DNA of 17,311 nucleotides, from NCBI GenBank assembly GCA_030141605.1, contig JAQGDQ010002034.1:1-17311 (forward strand), read 5' to 3'. The notes beneath the pieces were generated by a model. The model searched no databases. It saw only the letters and a program-made list of their open reading frames with translations, and had not been told where the DNA came from. Positions 9,302 to 17,311 of the stretch are shown here, piece after piece. A program made the position numbers and the translations under genes. Positions within the stretch are counted from its first letter, which is position 1. Each line of letters begins with the position of its first letter. This DNA is from Tubiluchus corallicola. Its lineage: Eukaryota > Animalia > Priapulida.

Positions 9302-10057
9302 TCATATATATATATATATATATATGATTTGAGGCTACAGCTTCGATGACGGCACCATTTGTGGCGATCTGTACATCAAACGAAAGGTCTCGATCTAATG
9401 TCGTACCATTGGGGGTTTATTTTTCGAATCAGGCCCACCGGGAGGAATGGCGGGGGGCCAAAAACCTCCAAAAATGGCCATTTTTCGGTCGTTCTTTGCA
9501 AAAAATTGCAAAACTTATACGTCTTATTTCCAGAGAACGGGAATGTGCCAGGAATGTGCCCGGTGTCAATAATGGTTAGATAGCCCATTCAACGGTGGGT
9601 GTAGTAGATGTATTTAGCATTCGCGAGAGGGCCACGGCGTCCTGTAATGGGCGTTTTCCCGGACCCATCTCGCGATTTTTTCGAAATTTTGGCCAAACAG
9701 CGTTTAGAAAAAACGTTGTAGTGGCATTCAGTGGGACTCTTGGAAGGAAATATACGGCTCTTTAGAAAGAGGAAGAACAGGGCTACACGATCATGTGGGT
9801 TATATTTTAGGACACATCCACCAAAAGGAGTGACAACGAGTTAATTAGATGTTCTATTTTTGGCAATTTTCGCTTGGAAAACTGCTGACGCAAAGCCATT
9901 GTTCTGTCGTCGTCCATTATACTCTGCCTGCAACTTTAATTCAGTAAAAGCTGCTACTGGCTTTGCGTTGTAAATGAGGAACATGTAGGATGTTTGCGCA
10001 TTATTGATTATATATGAGTGTATTTATATGCAAAATTTTCTGCGGGGCCTTTGCTAG
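9302..10057 (+). mobile_element. Probable non-autonomous Helitron/Helentron-type element
   Basis: GC-richer block starting near TC plus (AT)n (9304-9325) and ending GCGGGGCCTTTGCTAG followed by a T-run, a CTRR|T type end. No clean 3' hairpin, and the 5' end is uncertain. Confidence 0.42.
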
Positions 10058-10142
10058 TTTTTTTGTTAATTTTTGCTGCTTTGAACTTCGAAGGTCAAAA
10101 ATCTCTATGAATGCTAATTAGCTTCTGTATTTGTTACTCTAG

Positions 10143-10357
10143 GAAGCGGCAACCCTGTATTTATTTATATCTGAGGTAATAAAGTCGTTACTCCGCAGCG
10201 AACGAAACCAGCAGGTAGCGTGCGACGTTGGCTTCCCGCATGAATTGCTGGAACATTGCTCTTCGTCTCTGGAGAATGAATCTCATTTACTCCATCTCAA
10301 CTTGCAGTACATGTTTGAGCGGCTGGCGGCTCAGTCACTTGACCCCCGTGACCTTAG
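10143..10357 (+). CDS. WDFY3: WDFY3/ALFY internal coding exon E
   Basis: actctag|GAA ... CTT AG|gtatga. Encodes EAATLYLFISEVIKSLLRSERNQQVACDVG...LQYMFERLAAQSLDPRDL(R), similar to human ERNQQVMCEAG...LQRMFERLASQAL. Phase 0 in, phase 2 out. Confidence 0.94.
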
Positions 10358-10648
10358 GTATGATTTTTCTTTATTATTTTCTACGTGCGCAAAGCAAACC
10401 AAGTAAAAAGATAATTTGAAAGCTTATTAATGGAATTTTTACACTATACGGCCTGATATCATATGCAAACATTTTTAGTCTGCAAACACATTAAATTCTA
10501 TTTTAAAAACCGGAGTAATTTTTGGAAGCCAGTTTTATGAGAGCTGCTGACTGACAACCAACTGATCGTGTCACACATTGCAGTTTGTCTGTCGGAAAAA
10601 TGTTTAGTAATATATCTTCAAAATGCTATTGTGAAAGTTTCACCTTTA

Positions 10649-11806
10649 GGGTACGACTCCATCTTGTACGTAATGCATGACGCGTGTTCCGTAATGTATC
10701 TACAACAGTTTGTATTTTAATACGTAGAAGGGTTTCCATGTGTACGTAATGCGTCATGCGTGATCCATAATGCGCATACAACAGTTTGTATTTAAACATG
10801 TAGAAATGTTTCCATGTGTACATAATGTGTGGTGCGTGATCCGTAATGTATCTACAACAGTTTGTATTTTAATACGTAAAAGGGTTTCCATGTGTACGTA
10901 ATCCGTAATGCGTGATCCGTAATGTATCTACAACAGTTTGTATTTTAATACGTAAAAGGGTTTCCATGTGTACGTAATCCGTAATGTATCTACAACAGTT
11001 TGTATTTTAATACGTAAAAGGGTTTCCATGTGTATGTAATCCGTAATGCGTGATCCGTAATGTATCTACAACAGTTTGTATTTAAACATGTAGAAATGTT
11101 TCCATGTGTACATAATGTGTGGTGCGTGATCCGTAATGTATCTACAACAGTTTGTATTTTAATACGTAAAAGGGTTTCCATGTGTACGTAATCCGTAATG
11201 CGTGATCCGTAATCCATATTCATTCAAACGTGATCACTATCGTCCGAATACGCATCACGCAGCAATATGCAAACAGGAAACTGCCGTTGCCTAGGTGATT
11301 AATGCGAGTTTTCATGGTTCCGCTGACCGTTTTCGCTGTTTAGCTTTCTGAAAATTGTAGTTAGGTGAGTTTTGGTCACTTTCGGACCTACAAACAAGAT
11401 TTTTTTTCTATTTGAGTTTGTGAGAGGCTAAAGAAGCATGTAGTTATGCATTGTGCATCTAACTGCAGTTCTTATACTAAATGATGATACCTGCCATATT
11501 GTTTTCTCCCCTGCAAATTGTTGTCCACCCAAAACCTGGTTTCTTTTGAATTTTTCCGTCTAATGGCACAATAATAAGGTAATACTGCAGCTGTAATTAT
11601 CACGCTGAAATTTCGACACAGAAATGGTTTTCAAAAATTACTGCTTGCAATTTTCCACGAATAGCGACCAAAAATGGCGGGAAAAACTACGTGGGTTTTG
11701 TTTAATACGCACAGCGTTTACGGACACATGGAAATAGTCAATACGCATTACGCATTATGGATCACAGATTATGCATTATACTATACATGCACGTGGAGTC
11801 GTAACT
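10649..11806. mobile_element. Non-autonomous PIF/Harbinger-type element containing a tandem array
   Basis: TTA on both flanks (10646-10648, 11807-11809). TIRs GGGTACGACTCCA / TGGAGTCGTAACT match 11/13. Left-arm motifs TTTCCATGTGT and TGATCCATAATGCG recur inverted at about 11719-11775. Confidence 0.75.
10689..11213. repeat. 76-bp tandem array inside the Harbinger-type element
   Basis: Units start at 10689, 10765, 10841, 10917 (62 bp), 10979, 11055 and 11131. Two subtypes occur in the order A-B-A-A'-A-B-A. Confidence 0.95.
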
Positions 11807-12211
11807 TTATTGCCGTTTTACTTTCAAATTATTCGATTTTGCAAAAATATTTTACTGTGATGCATAAATAATTGTTTAAGCTTTGAATTTGCCTCAATTT
11901 GTAGCCAAAAAAGGTTCATTTTGCTGGCTAATAATTCCTTTCATGAATCCAGATCAGGATTGGACCTTCCCTGGTGTCAAAGATTTCTTCATTTCTGTTC
12001 AATATTCGTGCCACGAATTAGTTGATGAAGTAGATCTTTTTGCTGTTACATTGACTACCCTTAAAATATTTACGAGTATTGAACTACTTGTTAATATTCG
12101 ACCATTAGTGTTCGAGTAGCAAATCTGAAGTGCATCTTATCTCTCGATTATTATTCTCTTATCAACATCTCTGTCAATAATTTGTTTTACTTACATTTGT
12201 CATTTTGGCAG

Positions 12212-12300
12212 GTCATTTTTACGCCTGAGCTATCCGTTAAATTGCAAGGCTGTTCCAGTTGATATCAATGCGAATGTCAGTGTCACCCAAGAAGACAAAG
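12212..12300 (+). CDS. WDFY3: WDFY3/ALFY internal coding exon F
   Basis: ttggcag|G ... AAA G|gtaatg. Encodes SFLRLSYPLNCKAVPVDINANVSVTQEDK, similar to human EFLRLASPLNC. Phase 2 in, phase 1 out. Confidence 0.9.
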
Positions 12301-13174
12301 GTAATGTGTAGTCTATGCTTAATTGTGCTATTCGCTCGTCAATAAATAACTGTTGGACCCATGGTTTTATGGTGTAATGATTAATATGCAAATTAACGGA
12401 TGCTTACGTCAGTAGCAGTGGTATAATACACACACCATGTGCACTTCAGGCATCGGCTTTTTCACAATAAAGCACGGTGGTGCCCTCTGTTTGTCTAAAA
12501 ACGTAATATACAAGCTACAAAAAAAACCTATGGCCAAAAAACGTGCAAAACTCGCAAAAAAGATTGCCGTTATTGCTGGTTGCTGGCATCTGCCTACGTT
12601 GTGATGCTGCCTTCTTTCTGTGTAACCTTTTCTAGATTCTGTCGATTTCTGTCTAATCAAATTGCTCAGAAAATGTACAATGTAGAACAAATTAGAAACT
12701 GCCCTGCCAGATTTGGCACTGAGTCAACGGGCGATGGCAGGTGAATCTAATCCTTGCATGTTATTAGATATGGGCGGTTTAACATTGTATAGTTGATAAA
12801 CTATGTGCATGCAAGGTAAATATTATAGCTATAGGTCTATCTATGCCTTTAATTCTTCTACATTAGACTGGCTGTTAGGTGAAATGATACAATTTGAACA
12901 TGAGCTGCTGTGCTTACAAAAAAGTAGTAGTTTGTGACAGCAGTGTCAGCACTGGCAGTGGTTGTAGGGAGCGGACACAGCAGCTATAATGGCAGCAACC
13001 ACAGCACTGATAGAAGTGGATGCGATGCAGTAGTAGCTGTACTAGTAATAAAATAGCAGTGACAGTAGCAACTTTTCATTTTCTTCAAATCTTTCCATGC
13101 ACCAGCTAGAATACAAATTGCACGGCAGTGAAGAGATTAATATACGTTTCAATTGTCTTTACTTTTTCGTATAG

Positions 13175-13432
13175 AAATGAGTACAAAAAGTGGCGGCCCA
13201 GTGCATCTGACGAGGGTGAAATGCTTGGTATCCATGACGACACCGCGAGATTTTCGTCTCAACGGTTCATCCATCATGCCGGCGTTTGTGGAATTTGACA
13301 TGTCGGCCGAAGGATTTGGCTGCCTGTTTGTTCCTAGTGTCGCACCGCAAAGCATCAGCACTCCGGCAGTGGCGGGGGTGGGGATAGTGGGCGTGCCGGC
13401 TGACGCTAATATCATTGGTGGTGTTGGATCAG
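13175..13432 (+). CDS. WDFY3: WDFY3/ALFY internal coding exon G
   Basis: cgtatag|AA ... TCA G|gtacaa. Encodes LTRVKCLVSMTTPRD...PAFVEFDMSAEGFGCLFVPS, near-identical to recalled WDFY3 LTRVKCLVSMTTPHD...PAFVEFDTSLEGFGCLFLPS. Phase 1/1. Confidence 0.96.
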
Positions 13433-13973
13433 GTACAATAGCTCAGACGTATATTCTCGTTGGCAGAATATCATTTTTATTGTTTGTTTCTGTTATTTTG
13501 TTAGTTCTAGTAGCCTGATTATACGTTGCATTTTCATATCTATCTTGTTCAATACATTATCTACATTCACATGGTAATGTACGTTTGTATATCATGTATA
13601 CAGAAATTGTTACTGCTATCACTTCTTTCTTTTCGAAAATACCCCTTTCGTATTTTGGTGAAATAAAATTTGGTGAAAATTTCCAAATTTAACATTAAAT
13701 CTTTTAAACAAGCTTAAAATGCACGAATAAGTTTATTGGCTTTAACCAATGCAAAAGTAAACTTACAATTTAATTTTTCTAAAATGTTCTACTAATTTCG
13801 GCTTAAAAATGAAAATATTCATAAAGTTTAGTTTTTGCAAAAAGTTTTTCACAGTCTTTATTGTAACATTAACTTTTCGCATGTTTGCGTTCACTACAGC
13901 ATTGTAATGCTTTAAAGTTATATCATCATTGATATTTATATCATTATTTAATCATCATTTGATATTTTTTCAG

Positions 13974-14195
13974 GTGATAGAGTCTTTCCTTCTCAGAACG
14001 GCTTAACGTACGCATCGTGGGTGTGTGTGGATAAGTTCAGTTTGCCCACTCACGATCCTCATCCGGTCCGCTTGCTGACCATTGCCCGAAACATGTTTGG
14101 ACGTGATGAACATCTCATGTGTCTGAGCATGCACCTCTCAGCTCGTGATCGGGCTATGTATGTGTCCACTACGGAAACCATGTTCTCACATTCCG
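13974..14195 (+). CDS. WDFY3: WDFY3/ALFY internal coding exon H (start of ConA/LamG-like region)
   Basis: tttcag|GT ... TCC G|gtaagc. Encodes DRVFPSQNGLTYASWVCVDKFS...HPVRLLT...LSARDRAMYVST, similar to human ERFFPPPSGLSYSSWFC...HPVRLLT. Phase 1/1. Confidence 0.95.
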
Positions 14196-14260
14196 GTAAG
14201 CATAAGTTTTCCCGCCATTTATTTATTTCTGTTTTTTATTCGCACTCATTAAGGTGCCAT

Positions 14261-14674
14261 GTTGTTGTTGGCATCCGTCTGTCTCGGAAGACAATGGAGT
14301 GTGTGCCAAGATAGTCAGTTACTGATCACATTGATGGAGCTGCAGTGTCGACTGTGGCTGAGCAGTGTGATCCTTGAACGTCTCCAGGGCGCACGCCTGG
14401 GCAAGGTGTGTGCACATCCTGAGTTGCCCAGACACAGGAAGGAACCCCTTCTCTTCCTCCCTGGTGTAGTCCAAAGGAAAGCGGAGCGATACGTTTGGCA
14501 CCAGGTTGGCTGCAAGAGCTGCCGGAGTCAGTGAGCCTGCTGCACTGGTCCGTCTTCGGGGCTCCACTCCTGATTTGGAAGGTTTACTCCTCTACACACT
14601 TGGGTCACTTGACCTCCTCCGCCCTCTAGCCGTTGGCTGCTTTTGCAGCTCCTCCGCCTAGTGTCGGGATACAG
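14261..14674 (-). mobile_element. 5S/RTE SINE copy 3, 5'-truncated (no 5S head)
   Basis: Reverse complement aligns to 2575-2985 and has an (AAC)3 tail at 14261-14269. TSD AGGTGCCAT at 14252-14260 and 14673-14681, with 2 nt overlapping the element end. Confidence 0.9.
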
Positions 14675-14868
14675 GTGCCATACATACAAAAAACATGTGC
14701 AACAAAAAAGATGGTGTCCTGTGAACTGATTAAATGTGTACAGTTGTCAACAGTTTGCACTAATAATAGAAATGTGTTGCCATTTTTTCAGTTTTTATTG
14801 CAATAATTAAGAATTTAGAAGTCTGGACTTGTATTTAAGCAAGTAAAAATTTTACATCCGGATATTTA

Positions 14869-15224
14869 CACTCATCTCTCGGTTTACCGAACAAAAGCGG
14901 GGAGACGTTGGTCTGAATTTGCCGATTGTCAGTTTTCTGATACTAAACTAATAAACTAATATAGTAGGCGCTGCGTATTAGCCTCATGGTAATGTAGAAT
15001 CAATTGCCTAATTGTCTCAGAAAAATCTAATACGAGCTGCTCCTATTCAAAAGTATGTAAAAACTCTCGGCAATTAACTCAAAATAACTCTGCATAAATG
15101 ATTCTAGCGGTCAGCTCGCGAAACAAAGGACTGTGTCCAGTGTGCGGTACTCTTAACACTCCACATTTTGTCCGAATTTTGTAATATCCATAAAAACGAG
15201 GTCCGGCAAACCGAGATATGAGTG
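14869..15224. mobile_element. Tc1/mariner (pogo/Tigger-like) MITE, 356 bp
   Basis: 24-bp TIRs CACTCATCTCTCGGTTTACCGAAC / GTCCGGCAAACCGAGATATGAGTG match 21/24. Flanks are TA and CA, the latter read as a mutated TA. Confidence 0.78.
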
Positions 15225-15408
15225 CATATGTAAGTTTAGCGTTCACAAAATCTCGATTAATCCAACAAATATGCCAAAATATATAGCCGTTGGTGGTTTA
15301 AGGTTCAAGCTACCGATTTTAGCTTTTTTTGTCTCGTGACGGTGTCACATCGAGCTTTTGAAAAAGGTCGTCTGACTCTTCATCAATTTATCAATTTACT
15401 CTTCGCAG

Positions 15409-15584
15409 GTGACTCAGTGTCACAAGCAGATCCTCATCTTGGTGACAACACCGTGAGGTTTTGGTGTCCCGAGTTGATCCAGGAAGGGCAGTGGCATCAC
15501 ATCGTTTTGGTGTTTAACAGAGCCGTATTAAAAAACAGCTCCGTATCTCTGTACATGGATGGCCAACACATTAGTACTCAAAAG
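15409..15584 (+). CDS. WDFY3: WDFY3/ALFY internal coding exon I
   Basis: ttcgcag|GT ... AAG|gtaagg. Encodes RFWCPELIQEGQWHHIVLVFNRAVLKNSSVSLYMDGQHISTQK, similar to human EGQWHHLVLVMSKGMLKNSTAALYIDGQ. Phase 1 in, phase 0 out. Confidence 0.96.
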
Positions 15585-15661
15585 GTAAGGTATGATGTAT
15601 GTGAGATTACAATTTGATGCTTGTTAAGACACGACCAGAGTTGGTAGGGCAAAATGTTTAA

Positions 15662-16238
15662 AGCGCAAGGGCTTGCGTCGATAGTAACGCTGTATAAAAC
15701 TTGTGAATTTAGACTGCCGCGATGACCGTTAGGCACAGCCATTTTAATGGTTGCTCATTTAAAACAAGTTTAAATAATGTTGTGTCAAGTTTGAAAAAAT
15801 GATCAGAGCATTCGTAGCACACTTGTTACTAACTAAGTAAAAAAAAATTACTGTATCTTGTCAATAAGTTTAAAAACACGTTTTTGGTTAGTGAGTGGCG
15901 CACCGTGGAGGGTGAGTCAGCGACATTTTACCAATTGGTGAAAACATTTAAACTTATTATTTTAGTTAGAAAAGTTTTTCCAGCAGGTAAATAAAATGCT
16001 AAGTAATATAGATTTGCATGGAAAGTTTTTTGGATCATAATTTAACATTTCCTTTTCTTCCCCTGATTTACGTTAGCGTGGATGACGTCATGTAATGGCG
16101 ACTTCGGAACAGTATTGCGGGAGATTTGAAATGAAAACAAACTAAAATTCCTTTCAATGCATAAAATTACTATAAAGTAATATAATTTTTTAAGAGATTT
16201 TTCTGAAACTTAACTTCAGACACCCCTTTTCCTGTCCT
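15662..16238. mobile_element. Non-autonomous Kolobok-type DNA transposon, copy 2
   Basis: TTAA|AGCGCAAG ... TTTTCCTGTCCT|TTAT. Colinear with 5188-5844 in the same orientation, with about 80 bp missing just inside the left end. Confidence 0.78.
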
Positions 16239-16478
16239 TTATTGATCAGTATTTAATGGACACACATGTTGTGTGGAGCAAAATAGCTTTTGCTCTTTTG
16301 TCCGCTGTTGCAGTGCAGCTGCGTGAGCTCAAAAGTGTATCTCACTCACTTTATCAATTTTCTGTTAAAGTTCAGAGTCTCTTTCCAAAAGATTACTCAA
16401 TTTTCTTTTTGTCTTTGCTTTAAAAAAATGTTGGCAATCAGAAAAATGTTAAAGCATTTGCAAAATTAATCGTTTCAG

Positions 16479-16707
16479 CTCCACTACATTAGTCAGAACC
16501 CTGGTGGTGGCGCAGCGAATCTCACAGTGGCTTCCAGCGTGTATGGCTTCATCGGTACCTCTCCTTCACAAAGACGACAGTCGAGACTAGTATGGAAACA
16601 AGGTCCTTTACATTTATTAGAAGAAGTGGCTTCTGCTGGAAGCGTTCAGATGATGTATAAACTGGGACCAAATTACGTTGGTTCATGGCAGTCGCCTCCA
16701 GTAAACG
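16479..16707 (+). CDS. WDFY3: WDFY3/ALFY internal coding exon J
   Basis: gtttcag|CTC. Encodes LHYISQNPGGGAANLTVASSVYGFIGT...LGPNYVGSWQSPPVN, similar to human LHYVHSTPGG...LGPNYVGSFQA. Donor G|gtagat is the last GT before the repeat and an in-frame stop. The next exon is outside the window, so the end is unconfirmed. Confidence 0.9.
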
Positions 16708-16713
16708 GTAGAT

Positions 16714-17311
16714 ATAAGTTACTTTTGTAAACATAAGCACATATAACCATATAAGTTATAAGTTACTTTTGTAAACATAAGCATATATAACCATGTAAGT
16801 TATAAGTTACTTTTGTAAACATAAGCATAGATAACCATATAAGTTATAAGTTACTTTTGTAAACATAAGCATATATAACCATATAAGTTATAAGTTACTT
16901 TTGTAAACATAAGCATATATAACCATATAAGTTATAAGTTACTTTTGTAAACATAAGCATATATAACCATGTAAGTTATAAGTTACTTTTGTAAACATAA
17001 GCATATATAACCATATAAGTTATAAGTTACTTTTGTAAACATAAGCATATATAACCATATAAGTTATAAGTTACTTTTGTAAACATAAGCATATATAACC
17101 ATATAAGTTATAAGTTACTTTTGTAAACATAAGCATATATAACCATATAAGTTATAAGTTACTTTTGTAAACATAAGCATACATAACCATATAAGTTATA
17201 AGTTACTTTTGTAAACATAAGCATATATAACCATATAAGTTACAAGTTACTTTTGTAAACATAAGCATACATAACCATATAAGTTATAAGTTACTTTTGT
17301 AAACATAAGCA
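16714..17311. repeat. 44-bp minisatellite (ATAAGTTACTTTTGTAAACATAAGCATATATAACCATATAAGTT)n
   Basis: About 13.5 nearly identical units running off the window end. Confidence 0.98.

Noticed and set aside
10626-11223. Repetitive minus-strand ORFs
   Set aside because: These are translations of the 76-bp tandem array.
12692-12750. Short imperfect inverted repeat TTAGA..CCTGCCA / TGGCAGG..TCTAA
   Set aside because: Too short and gapped to define an element, with no TSD. It may be a TE fragment.

Overview
AT-rich eukaryotic (invertebrate animal) genomic DNA, not prokaryotic. The window is the interior of one large + strand gene, a WDFY3/ALFY (blue cheese) orthologue. I assembled ten GT-AG coding exons by hand (1312-1412, 3036-3178, 4804-4890, 8250-8481, 10143-10357, 12212-12300, 13175-13432, 13974-14195, 15409-15584, 16479-16707; 1752 nt). 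They splice with consistent phases into a stop-free frame. The introns are full of repeats: three copies of a 5S rRNA-headed SINE whose body and tail appear RTE-LINE-derived, a tRNA-headed MetaSINE-like element, two Kolobok-type TTAA elements, a hAT MITE, a Tc1/mariner MITE, a PIF/Harbinger element with an internal 76-bp array, a probable solo LTR with a 4-unit heat-shock element plus TATA box, a probable Helitron-type element and several minisatellites. The most notable points are the composite 5S/RTE SINE family and an inverted pair of its copies sitting 50 nt before one acceptor and 65 nt after a downstream donor, the classic circRNA/dsRNA-editing layout. Family assignments are from recall, with no database searches run.
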